Positions 26,834 through 38,700 of a DNA stretch of 64,000 nt are shown here, one piece after another; within the stretch, counting starts at the first letter, position 1, and each line of letters begins with the position of its first letter. The stretch is taken from assembly GCA_002633005.1 (NCBI GenBank), contig NMRA01000096.1, forward strand, positions 310,001 to 374,000. Reading direction: 5' to 3'. The notes below the pieces were generated by a model, which ran no database searches, was not told the DNA's origin, and saw nothing but the letters and a program-made list of their open reading frames with translations. The DNA is from Phoronis australis. Taxonomy: Eukaryota > Animalia > Phoronida. The position numbers and the translations under genes are program-made.

Positions 26834-27625
26834 TCAGCTGGAACTAAATAACTTGATCACTTCACATAGTTTAACTGCATCAACATCTATGAGAAACTCG
26901 AGCTGATGGGCAGCAGGAGTGGTTGTCGTGGTTACAAGCAGTCCTAGAAGTTTGGTCTTCTCCACGGTCAGCCACATGTTAGTCGCCTCTACCTGATCAG
27001 TTGACTCCAGGATATTCCGTCTATCAACATCGCCTGGACCCCACAGGAAGCATTCCAGCACCACCTGGTGGTCACCCAATGTAGCTCGGTTCATTTCACT
27101 TAAAAATTTAAGCACATCATTGAACTGACCCGCATCTGTTCCCACAGAACTTTTCATGACTTTTGCCATGTCTGACATCAACTGTAAGAACACTTGGTTG
27201 TCCTCACATATGTTGCCTGATCTCACCTCGAGTGAGAGACATCCATGTTGACCAGGATCTCCACTGCACACCAAAACATCCCCAACAGACCATCCGGTCC
27301 TCTGATTATCACTTTCAAGCTGGCGATCAGCCCTGACAGTCTGCGTCTCATGATAGACAGACAGCAATTTGCACAATTCCAATAGATACAGAGCTGCCTT
27401 ATGGTAGCCTTGAACTGTATTTGTTTGAATGGATCTGCACAGTGCCATCTTCAGTTCACTAACAGAACTGGTTGGTATGACCGTCACGTCTACAGTCCCA
27501 ACCAAGACTGGGACATTTGCCGGGGGACTCTGTGTTGTGAAGGTGGGTAGGAATATGAGGGAACCCTCCGAGTTCAAAGCAACATGACAATGTTCACTGC
27601 TGCCGTGTTGAATATATTGAGAAAG
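26834..27625 (-). CDS. PEAK1: PEAK-like terminal coding exon (pseudokinase remnant and SHED C-terminal helices)
   Basis: ggtttcag|CTT TCT ...; TGA at 26836-26834; a candidate minus-strand AATAAA lies near 26366-26371. Confidence 0.9.
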   Translation of the reverse strand, partial: LSQYIQHGSSEHCHVALNSEGSLIFLPTFTTQSPPANVPVLVGTVDVTVIPTSSVSELKMALCRSIQTNTVQGYHKAALYLLELCKLLSVYHETQTVRADRQLESDNQRTGWSVGDVLVCSGDPGQHGCLSLEVRSGNICEDNQVFLQLMSDMAKVMKSSVGTDAGQFNDVLKFLSEMNRATLGDHQVVLECFLWGPGDVDRRNILESTDQVEATNMWLTVEKTKLLGLLVTTTTTPAAHQLEFLIDVDAVKLCEVIKLFSSS

Positions 27626-30600
27626 CTGAAACCAAGAAGAGTATTAGTGAAATGACTCCACAAAGAAAACGAATCCCATGAGATCTTAAGTTTTTATAAA
27701 GCGCTATTTACAAAAACATATAATATCACTAATACTAGAAACTCCCGAGTCATCGTCTAAAGACACATTAAGATTTAATAAGAAACAACAAAGTTTTGTC
27801 AACAGAAACAATCAAGATAATCCTTGCAATGGATAAACTATATCTTCTTTACTTGTAGACCAAAAAACCAATTATACCACTCCTAGTACTGTTGTCAAAT
27901 AAATAGCCCCTGAAGAAACTTAGCAGCCAGACTTACAGCGAGTACGCAGATGGTGGTTGACTTGTGTTGTGCTCTGTAGCATGAGTTACCCTGGCTGGTA
28001 CACACCAGTGAACCTTCCACCAAGTTGAAGTCAACCCACTGGAATGAACAGCCAGCACTGAGACACCAGTCAAGCGATTTGTCACTGGGAATCCTATTCA
28101 ACATCTGTTTAACATAACCACTGTTCAAGTCGCTGATCATGCCAAGGGTTTGCTCATGTGGGCTTTTTGTGCAGACCTTCAGTTCAAAGTTTCTCCCATG
28201 TGATGGAGACTGTGACTGGGCGTCTTGTTTCCACACGAGAACGTAAGGGTCCTGCACAGACAGTACCGTTGAGACACTGTCCGAATTCCGTGATTTTGTA
28301 CGACGTCTTGGCATTGGTACCGGTGCCGGTTCTTGACTCTCGTCGGCACCATCTACAGTAGCATTCCCACCACTCTGGATAACATCAAAACCAAACTGAA
28401 TGCAATGAAATTGGAAAATTAGCGAAACATTTTCAACAGAGTTAAAATTAAAGCAATTAGCTTCCTGTTACACTTCAACTTGAACTTGCACGCTAATTAC
28501 CCATCTCTTGCAATTGCTTGACCAAATTAGCTAGAAATACAACATATAGCGACGATGTGAGTATGAAGTAGGCTGAAAATCGCCAAATATTTTTAAGACA
28601 GTGTTGTGGCAAAAATGATCCACAGCAAATCAGTGTACCGTGTCCAGTAAGTAACCGGTGACATGGTGCTGGGGAATAACGCTGCATGATCCCGGCTAAG
28701 TGAGCACGCGAAGTACGCAATAAGCGCAAATGTCACTATTTGCAGATTTTTTTTCACATTTACAAGTTGTCATTGAATACATCTGCACTTTGATAAGCGT
28801 AGATAATGTTAAAATAGCATTGCTGTTAAGTTCCTGCTTTACATTAGCATAGTTAGGAGTATGCATCTTTAAAGCAATGCCTACAAAATGATTCAGTTCT
28901 GGGATTGGAAAGAGCCACTACTGCTCGAGACCAGGCTCTACAAGCTGACTCGTCAAAAGCGTGTCATTTCCTTGGCCGAGCATGGTCTCAGGGAATAGTG
29001 AACAGGCAAGACCAAAAATCCTGTCTTGTTAGAGCAAGGAACAAGTTGAGACCAATTTTTAGTAGCATGTGGTCTGAGTGAACGAAAAGTTTGCTTCTTG
29101 GACAGACTGGGGTTTTAAAGTCTCTTTAATAGAGTGAGGATGCCCTTTTTCATATTTCAGGCAGTATAACAGGAGTTTTGAAGCCCTTTGGGTGATTTCT
29201 ACAAAAATGAAAATAAAAATTATAGCAATTCTTCAAACTGGAAGGGCAACACCATAAGCAAACCAAACAATGCAAACACTGCGTCTGATCGGCTTTTAAT
29301 TAACATTGCTATTGCATTAGGTTTATTACCTGCTCTGGAATCATTGTTAAGTCGAATGACCAATCGTTATGAAATGAGGCTGGAATTGATAATCAATGTT
29401 GCCCCACCCTTGAGCACATATTAAGAGAACATAGCTTTCTCGAACAAGCGTTTTTAGAACTCGTTCATTGCCTAACACTTTCGAGTCTAAGGAACTGCTA
29501 TTTTTATAGCAATCAACTAAAATGGTTTGGCATACTTTTCATAACAACTAAACCATGCCAAATTGACCTAAATGCTTTAAAAAAACAGTAACATTCTCAA
29601 TTCACTCTATTGCTATAGGCAAACCCCGTCTTGCAGGATTCTCCATTTCAGTTGCTACAACCCACCTCTCTCATAGCAATCTCTAATTCAGCCGCGATGA
29701 CTTCCTGACTGTGACGCTTCAACTGTTTCTCAATCTCTTTCATTGAGTCTAGTGTCACTGCAGTAATTGGCTCTAGATAACCCTCCAGTGCTGACCCCTG
29801 GCTGTTACACGTAGAACCTGCAAATGGTGACAGAAACCACATGCATAAGTCATAACAAATGAATTTCAATAACTGAAATATGGTGAAACAACATTATTTC
29901 TTTCAACTGTTCGCGAACATTATCTACAGCTTCAAAAACAATTTGTTACTGGCCTCACCAAAACTGAAAAGCTAAGCTAAATCCAGAATAGCGCACTTTT
30001 AAAAGCTTTATTTTTCTATCACTCAAACTTCAAAGAGTACATGGTTGTGTTTCAAAATATTATTGATCAGACATTCAAACAACCTATAAGCACATTTTTG
30101 CAGAGACAAAGAAAAAAATCAGATGTGTCGGCAAAAACTTTAGCTTTAACTTTAGATTTCAGAAGCGAATCACGAATGCTATTGAAATTATCATGACATG
30201 GCAGTAGTAATCTTTATTCAACCGCTTCCACAGTACAAGTTACCGTTGAAACAAAGACATGTGTAAGGCAGTTGTCTGCACTATATCCATTCAAATAATT
30301 GTTAGAATCTGGGGTGTTTTAGCAGAAAGAATTCAAAGACTACTAAATGTTTTGCATCTCAATGCAAGTTGTGGTTTAAAGGCCAACGCAGCCTGCTTTG
30401 TGAATTCAAACTTGTATTTGTCATACCTGCTACTTGCAGCAGTCATACACAACAGAGAATTTCAATTTGTGAGTTCATTTTTGTTTTTCAGCTAAGGGAC
30501 TACCATACAATCTATATTCTCAGGTTTTGCACAGCCTACGGAAAGCTACCATACAATCCATATTCTCAGGTTTTGCATAGCCTACAGAAAATTACCATAC

Positions 30601-33600
30601 AATCCATATTCTCAGTTTTGCACAGCCTACGGAAAACTACCATACAATCCATATTCTCAGATTTTGCACAGCCTATGGAAAACTACCATACAATCCATAT
30701 TCTCAGGTTTTGCACAGCCTACGGAAAAGAGAATTAAAGCTGAGAAAACTAAGCCCATCCAACCCAAAACTTGTTTTATCTGTAAAGAATTCTTATTTGC
30801 AAAAAAATATTGCCTGCTTACAGGTGTTACCCTCCGAGGAAGGGGCTCCCACCAGATCATACATATTCTCCTCCTTCTTGAGGTTCCCCAGAACAGCAGA
30901 GCCTTCTGAAGGTAGTTGCTCATAGTGGTTACCTCCCCTGGGCGGATCAGGAGGTGGTAAACTGGGGCAGTCGTGGTCAAGGTCATCTTTACCATCTTTA
31001 TTTAAGGAGTGGTCAACTGTAACAAATCAAAACTGAAACTCAGTTTCCACTGACAGCTGGATTTTAAAGCTATTTACCAAAACTGATCTCAAAGCATCTC
31101 TAAGTGATTATCACATGTTTAACAGTGTAAGAAGTCTCAGTTGTGAGTCACATTTCCTGAAATGTAAAATGAAGGAGAGCTGTCCAATTCCAATTTCTTT
31201 AGTTATTATTTGGCGAAATGTATTTCGCTCTGACACTAATTTTTTGTTTTTTGTTTGTTTGCACTCTACAATGTTGCATTTGCCTGTCACTGATAATGCC
31301 TCAGGCTGAACCACCAAGGCATTATAGATAACACAGCAATCTGACAATTAACACCTGTGTTTCGTAAAACCACAAAACCTGTGAAAATGCAAGATCACGC
31401 AATACTTCGCGAGATATTGCCATGCATTACAAGCAAACAATGTGATCACACTAGCGTCTACAGAACACGGCTCAGGTTAAGGATCAGCCGGAGAGTTCTT
31501 TACAGCAACGTCACATGCACAAGTAACGAAATTGACTGAATGCAGACAATGTGTTAATTATAGAGGATTGCAAGCAGTAAGGGAACTGAAATGACCATGC
31601 AGTCACACAGTTGCCTATTAAAAAAACTAAAAGATCTAAACGAACAAGGTTGGAGAGGCCGTTCAGCTGAAAATGGGCACTAAGACAGACAAATAAATAC
31701 TGAAGTCACCTGAAGCATGACTCTTGCTTGGTAGGCTAACTTGCTTTGATAACTTCTTCTTAGAGGACACAACATCAAAGGTGCTCACCTGAAAGTGGAG
31801 TACAATGCAATGAAATACCACACCAGGCAATGAAATACCACACCACTGCTGCAGTGTCCAAGTTTGACAATTTAGTTGCATTATGTACATTCAAAAAACA
31901 GTTTTTTTGGTCCATTCTAAAGTGTAATTCTGAAACAAATAATAATAAATACAACAAAAATTGTTTTACCCTGTACTGACGATCTACAGCAAGCGTCTCG
32001 GCAGGCAGTGTAGATGAACGTTGTCGGTTGCCAACAGGTGGTGGAGGTGGGCGGGTTTTCCTGATGTTGACTGGCACCTTCCGCTGCAGAGGTGATGTCC
32101 CCACCTTGATGTCCCTGCCAGGTGAATCCTGCAACTTGTGATGAGGACTCGTCACCAGATGATCACATTGCTCCTGGTCAACTGCGTCAGAACTAGCACC
32201 TTTCATGGAAGATGTGGATTTGTTACCAGGGGGCGGGGGAGGAGGTGGCCTCTTACAGGGAGATTTTTTCACAGATCTGTTTGACTGCTCCACCAACATC
32301 TCTTTGTTATCATTAGAGGGATTGGCTTGCAAGGTGCTGTCTACACTGCTTGAGCAAACCACTGCTCCCTCAATACAGCTAGTTCGCGACATCAATACTG
32401 GTTCACTGATGTCTTTTCTAGCTTCTTTTCCAGCCAAGCTGCCTTCTTCATCTGAGAATATGGCGGAATCATCCACATGTCCCAAGCTACTAGCCAGCCA
32501 TGATTCAACATACAGCTTGGCCTCGGGAGACAAAGCACCAGGAACGCTGGACAGATCGTCGTCGCCCGTGTCTCTACTGCGGAATTTCAGCAACTTCTTG
32601 AAGAAGGATTTGCCTTTCTTGTCCTTTCGCTCTTTCACATAACTGTCATCACCAGCGACATCTAGTGGTGGGGATACTGGTCTTACAGTAGCTTGTAATC
32701 CAATGTCTTTATTACTCAAATAGTTTTCCTGGTTATTCAGACGTGTTGCATACGTTTGTTTCTTCTGAGATATTTTGACCTTATCATCTGAACCTTCTCC
32801 ACTAGGTGGAGATGGTGCATGTCGCTTTTGTTTAGTCTTACTGAAATCCACCGTCTTCGCTATGGTTGCCATTTTGGCTGCAAATGCAGGGTTTTTGGTA
32901 GCAGAAAGACGAGCATGCTCATTCCTAATGAAAGGGTTTTCATTGGGCGAGTCTGGCGTCTTTTCTGCTGTGATGATGCCAACAGGTTCATAGATACCGC
33001 CCTTATCAGCATCAGAACTTTTATTCTCCACGTGTTCAGGCCTGGGAGGTGGCGGTTTACTTTTCGGAGAAGCGGTTTTGTGTGTGGGACTGGTCTTGGC
33101 TGCCTTTTGAGGAGGTGATCCTGCTCTTTCTTGACCAGGACCAGGAGCTGGTGAGGTTGGCAAAGCGGGGGCTTCAGAGTCTGGCTCTTGTAGGGGCAAG
33201 CTAGTGCTGACGTCAACTATAGTGTATGGTGACACGATGGATGATGGTGTGAGATCAACGACACGGTAAGGGCGGGCAAACTGATGCTTAGGACTCTTCG
33301 TCACTTGATAGGCCTCCACAGGGACCTTCTGATGGGCAAGTTCTGATGGACTTAATGGTGATTGTCTCGTCGTGGTTTGCAATGACTTTATATCAAGCAC
33401 AAAGTAATTGGGTTCTGTGACAACTTGGCTTTCACTGGTTGGAATCTTATAATGGTCTGCTGCGGCACCACTGGGAGAACATGCAGTTGTTATGGACAAG
33501 GGGGACTTATAATGATCCACAGCACTAACCTGCAATTTACTGCCATAATCGCTGCTATTTTCAGCAGTCGACTGAGATGACAGTGAAAACCGATTAAGCT

Positions 33601-34462
33601 TTTCTGCTACAAGAACGCCACCTTGTCCTCGCAGATCATCCAAGTGATTTGCTCGGAAAATTGACGAAACAGATTCTTTGCAGTCACTTTGCATTTTAGA
33701 ACGCATAGGGAATGTACCGTAAGTTTTGTCAGACTGACTTTCTTTGTTGCACTTCTGACTTCTGAAGAAATTTACGTCTTCGTATTCTAAGCTTCTGGAA
33801 GACGCATTCGCATTGTCAATTCGAGTGACTGACTCGAGGGAACTATTTCGTCTTGTATTATCAAAAGTTAACGTGGCAAACTGTTTTTCCTCCTCAGACA
33901 TAGGACCCTGAACTCCAAGGGTTGCATTGCCTTCAAACACCTCCTCTTCTTCATCATCAGCGTGACTAAGTAATCCTCCATCGTAGCCTATTATCTCCGG
34001 ATCATCAGCTGTGAAGCCAACAGATCGGACACGCTCTTTTTTAGACTTATGATCGACGTCATCCCTTTTATCGCTTGCTTTCCTCTTGGAGGGAGACTGT
34101 GAAGCGTCCAATTTCTTCAACGATTGACTGCAGTCATAGGAGATGCTGCGCGATATCTCATTCTCTTTATCCTCAGTTGAGGCAGCAGGAAAACTGTCAC
34201 TATTTCTCTGATTTGATTTGACACTTGACTTTTTAACAATTTGAATGTCAGTTTTTGGTTTAACAAATTTTGGAAATCTCTCATTGTTGCTCTGCGTAGT
34301 ACTACCAACAGTGTTTACTGGTTTTGCCAACAACTTTGGCTTGACAGGTGTAGAGGGCTTTGCTTGGGCAGGAACTGCAGCGTGATCCTGCCGATGCTTG
34401 AGACAGTTCACGCACAGATCCCTCCGCCAGGCATTCTCTTGAAAGTCTGTACAACTGGACAT
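26834..34462 (-). CDS. PEAK1: PEAK1/PRAG1 (SgK269/SgK223, NKF3)-family pseudokinase scaffold; join of 34462-31970, 31788-31710, 31016-30822, 29817-29666, 28395-27937, 27625-26834 (4170 nt, 1389 aa)
   Basis: The N-terminus MSSCTDFQENAWRRDLCVNCLKHRQDH matches recalled PEAK1 MSACNTFTEHVWKPGECKNCFKPKSLH. A long Pro/Ser/Tyr-rich disordered region follows. The C-terminus has VLECFLWGP and MWLTVEKTKLL (PEAK1: LQCLLWGP, NWLDIKRTLL). All five introns are GT-AG with compatible phases, and the position is syntenic with HMG20. Likely co-orthologous to PEAK1/2/3. Confidence 0.85.
27937..28395 (-). CDS. PEAK1: PEAK-like coding exon 5 (SHED N-terminal helix and start of the pseudokinase N-lobe)
   Basis: cattcag|TTT GGT ... 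GCT|gtaagt; 459 nt, in frame with ORF 27895..28314. Confidence 0.88.
29666..29817 (-). CDS. PEAK1: PEAK-like coding exon 4 (STCNSQGSALEGYLEPITA...AMRE)
   Basis: tttgcag|GT TCT ... GAG|gtgggt; phase 1-0. Confidence 0.82.
30500..30727. repeat. 46-bp minisatellite, 5 copies, intronic
   Basis: Unit taccatacaatccatattctcaggttttgcacagcctacggaaaac starts at 30501, 30547, 30593, 30638 and 30684. Confidence 0.95.
30822..31016 (-). CDS. PEAK1: PEAK-like coding exon 3 (DHSLNKDGKDDLDHDCPSLPPPDPPRGGNHYEQLP...NMYDLVGAPSSEGNT)
   Basis: ttacag|TT GAC ... ACC T|gtaagc; an alternative in-phase donor lies after 30831. Confidence 0.8.
31710..31788 (-). CDS. PEAK1: PEAK-like coding exon 2 (VSTFDVVSSKKKLSKQVSLPSKSHAS)
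   Basis: ctttcag|GTG ... TCA G|gtgact; phase 0-1, which bridges the neighbouring exons. Confidence 0.8.
31970..34462 (-). CDS. PEAK1: PEAK-like coding exon 1 (831 codons)
   Basis: ORF 31775..34483; acceptor ttattatttcag|gatcATG; donor AGG|gtaaaa. Confidence 0.9.
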
Positions 34463-34899
34463 GATCCTGAAATAATAAGACAATGCATATTTCAGTATGA
34501 AGTATGTAACCTCATCAATAAATAAAACAGTTTTGAAAACAGCAAGTCATGTAGAATTGAACAGATCACAAAAATATTTTAAAGATTTAAGGATATAAAT
34601 TCAGAGTTTAAATTTGAATTCACTTTTGCCACAGTGGAGCAATTTTATGGTGTCGAGCGCTTGTCCATCCTATGCACAAAATTAGTTCTCCTTGATGCTC
34701 TCCAGTTAGCACAAAGAAAAAATGAAAGCACTTAGAATAGCGATACCTGGCAAAATAGAATGCAAATTTAGAGGCAGAGGAAGGGACAGAACCAAGAAAA
34801 CCAACAACCATGACCCTGACACCTATAACACAAACACAGGGTACGCTATCGTAAATGACCAGCAATTAAAAGTGCATTGTGGAATTAGCGAATAAACGA

Positions 34900-35700
34900 C
34901 AGCAATTTGATAAAAAATCTCAAATAACTTTTGAACATTAAATCATAGAGAAACCAATAACGCACTGCAGATATATTTACATACCAAATTTGAGAAGGTT
35001 CACTCAAAGAATCGCAGTGCTAAAGCTCCACAAACATTATTTGAAAAATGACCGTCACAGCGCCATCTTAGTATTAAGTAGATAAACTATTTACTTAAAA
35101 TCAATGAAAATCAAACGCAAAATGGGATCTCTAGTAGTAAAAATAGGATAGGCCACCAAAGTACAGCTAGAAATAAGTCACAAAAAGACAGTCATTTGAC
35201 CAACAAATCTAACATCTCAAGAACAACAAGTTGTAACGAGAAATGGATGGCGCAGTGCAGATAGCACATGATCAGATCTATCCATCTACTGATTTTCAGA
35301 ACAATCTGTCACGGGACGTTGGAGATACAGCACGGAAATCCTATCAGTCATCAAACAGTCACCGGAAAATGTCAAATAATTTGAGAAGAAAACTGAGGTA
35401 CTTTCAAGAGAAAAACAAATTGCACACTTCCTACAGCCCTTGAAATGTCCTATACGCAAACAAAAAAATTTAAAAATCCCACCAGAAACAATTCTGCAAA
35501 CCATAAATGAAAAAATGGTCGTCACAGTGCCATCTTGTGTATGATTTCAACCAAAACAATTATGAGGCTTCCAGCTATTTACGATACACATTTTGTGAAA
35601 ATTCCACCTGCATCGGATAGGAAATGTGAACAGAGAAACAAATTTTTAAAACACAATTATGACTTGGAGAAAATTCATTTCACCAAGAAACAAGCGTTTA
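34900..35700. repeat. Dispersed repeat family B with recurring aaaatgaccgtcacagcgccatctt units
   Basis: Motif at about 35045 and 35512; related copies at about 48051 and 48529. Boundaries are approximate. Confidence 0.6.
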
Positions 35701-38700
35701 TCCAGTGTCTGAATGACTATTTAAAAACAATAAAAACAGTCATAGTTTGAAGTTATGCATTTCCAGGTTTTCATCCGATGCTGGTGCCCATGGAGGTCCC
35801 CACATGTAAACCTGCGGGACCACTGTGGGACCTTTGGCCGCAAGATTTGAACTGTGGAAGTCAATAGTGTAAGAAAACACACCTGCAATCTGCTGGCAAA
35901 CTGCGACCGACCTTAAAACAGCACTTTGTAGATGACAGCCTTGTCACTTCACTATCAACTGTTATAAATAAGTTGTAAAGCTAAACAATTGATTTTAAAG
36001 TAAAGCTGCTTCCTCTGATAAAATGAACAAGATAAAGAAAGAGCAAAGTTTGGACAGGAAATTACCCCATGTCATGGGTTCATCTTAAGTGCCTCTTTTG
36101 TCACGACATCAATTGTTTTAAAGTGAACAGAATACAGAATTTTTAAACTTATTTTTTGTAATTTCTCATAGTGCACTGACAACATCAGACAGATACAGAA
36201 ATTTATTTTTTATGCAGTTAGAAAAAATCAATAGTGAAAAACGCATTCGTAGATTAAATGAGAGGTTCTAAAGCATGTCTGAGAACATGGCAACATATTT
36301 TTAAACGGTGAATAGAAGATCACTAGGCAGGCAAAATATCTTTGTTATCGCCAATCCACCCCCCCCATTAATAACCTCAATGATGAGACCACTCCATTGC
36401 TCATTCCTCTGCTGGTTGAGGGGTTACTAAAAACACATTACAGCCGAGTTCACATGAGAACATGATAGTCAGATATCACAACTTTCAGTTTCAAAACAAG
36501 CCATAAGTTTCGGTCATAATGAATTGATTATAAATTAAAAATACATCAGAAAAAGCCTCATTTTTGCCTGTCTTTATCACAATCAGCATTGCATGCAGGC
36601 AGAGATCGTTCAAATTTATCTAATTCAATTCCGGTTTGCTTTGAGGCCCACCCTGTCCTCTGAAACAATCAAACCTCTCCAGACAATGTGAATATTATCT
36701 GTTGTAAAACAAAAATCAGGTAATAACATTACTTGTGGTAAAAATTCAAAGTTTGAAACACAATATGCTGCACAAGTGGAATTCAATTTTGTCAAAATTC
36801 TCAACAAAAATGATCTATAAGAAATTTTATTTTGTAGTCAACACGGCATGCATGCATGGTATAGATGTGACTAAAGAACAGTTGGTAAATTTTTGAGCAA
36901 TTGAAGATGATTTGGAAATTATAAAAATGGTGATTTTAGCAATTATTTGTGTCTCAAAGTGAAGAATGTTTACTGCAGCTAAGGAATTATGGTAGAAATT
37001 CTTCCTCACTATAAATTGTGCTTAATGTAACATTTTTGAAAAAAAATGTTTCAAGAGAACATTTTTAAATTCAGCCACTACACGGATTGCGGTGATAATG
37101 ACTTCCAAGTTCCAAGATGTCAAAATTGTTTGAAGCAGCGGCAAATTTGATTTTTTGGGTTAGTTTATAAAACAAAATCAAAACCCCTACGTACATGAGA
37201 TGATACATGAGATGATAGCATCACATGATTTATGGTAGTTTTCCCTACAAATGCATGACAGTCATTAGTTGCAACATAACATTTTCTCAGCTGCCCCACT
37301 GAGAATGCTTACTAGACTAGTCACATTCACCAATCTAAAATCAATTCTCAGACAAACTGACAGGAGGTGACCCAGCAGGCTATTGGACAAACTACCTATG
37401 ATAACTCAACACTTAAATTGGGCCAGGGAGGCTGGGAAAATGTGCTGTAGTTTTCAAATAGTTGATGTACCATCTTCTTGTCGAAATGCACTGTGGTAAT
37501 TAAGAGCAAAAATTGACCATCATTCAATTTCAGTTATTAACTAGGGTTATTTTTCTTCTTGTTTTGTATGACTTAAAGCAAGACAAATTTCAAATTTCCA
37601 TACTTTCTTCTAAAAGGCGTATTTCCCAGAACAAGTGAAGCCTACAATAAGATCATCGCTCTAAGCTAAGGGCATTATCACTACTAATCAAGCCAAACAT
37701 ATTCTCTTCCACCCATATAGGCATCATATGTTCAGCTTAATTAAAAATGTCAACATCAGTCAAATTTCTTGATAGCAACAAATACGTGGAAGCTAATCTG
37801 TATCAGTTGTTGACACATTTCTAAAAACACTGTTCACTCCCATCTCTGTCTGAGCTCCCACGTACTAAGGCATGCTTCAAAAGTGACTTCATCAGGAATA
37901 TAAACCTTGGTCACATGACAATAATGATATCAAAGAGTGTGGTAAAATGTCGCTTATTTAAGATAGGATATGGAAGACAATTGAAATTTAATTTGCTCAG
38001 TTTTTCGTGAGAGAAGAGCAGCGGCACAATGATGCTAGGGTCAAGTTATTTATGATAGTTGATGTCATTCTATATTTTGAAGAGTTGTAAAAGCTCCCAA
38101 CAATGCTCAACGTCCTCTAAAAAACAAAATGCGCTATTTTTTTGTTGGAATTGGCAAGTTTTTATTGTAACAAACCTTTAGTTTCCACTCAAAACCCCTC
38201 TACTACAGTTGTGAGTTTAGAGGACTATTACACAGCGTTCAAAAGTGACTTTTATTACCGGGTAGATGGCGCACAGGACATCTGAATCAGCAGACAAATC
38301 GGACAGAATTATCGTTAAAGGCGTCCTGCAAGCCAACATACTAGTAATTTAAGCTTGGCCATACCTATTAGACGAACAGAGCCTAAAATAAGGTTAACTC
38401 ATCTAAAACGTAGCCTTCTCAAGAAAAAGGTAGATTTGCCTTTGAGAACAGAACATAAGTCCTACAAGCATTCGTTGATAAAATATTCAGATGGTGGATG
38501 GGACGTTGGATCTGCCAGGGAATGCTGTATTAGTTACTAAATACTCAACACTCTCCTATAGAAACCAATCCCCTTCAGAAATCCTCCCGGAGAGTCTAAA
38601 CTTACTGAAAAACGTTTCAGCCAGATAAGACATGTTACAATTTTTCGTTTTTTCCTTCACTTCAACATGTCTGCCCAGGGCAGTAGAAAAGGAGGCTAGC

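Noticed and set aside
30500-30727. Regular repeats as a possible CRISPR array
   Set aside because: The units are contiguous with no unique spacers, the context is a eukaryotic intron, and there are no cas genes.
32380-32420. DISEP as a CRIB (Cdc42/Rac-binding) motif in the PEAK-like protein
   Set aside because: It lacks the downstream F-x-H-x-x-H-V half of the motif.
32205-33216. Antisense and alternative-frame ORFs within the large PEAK exon
   Set aside because: Shadow ORFs of a GC-richer coding exon, with no recognisable motifs.
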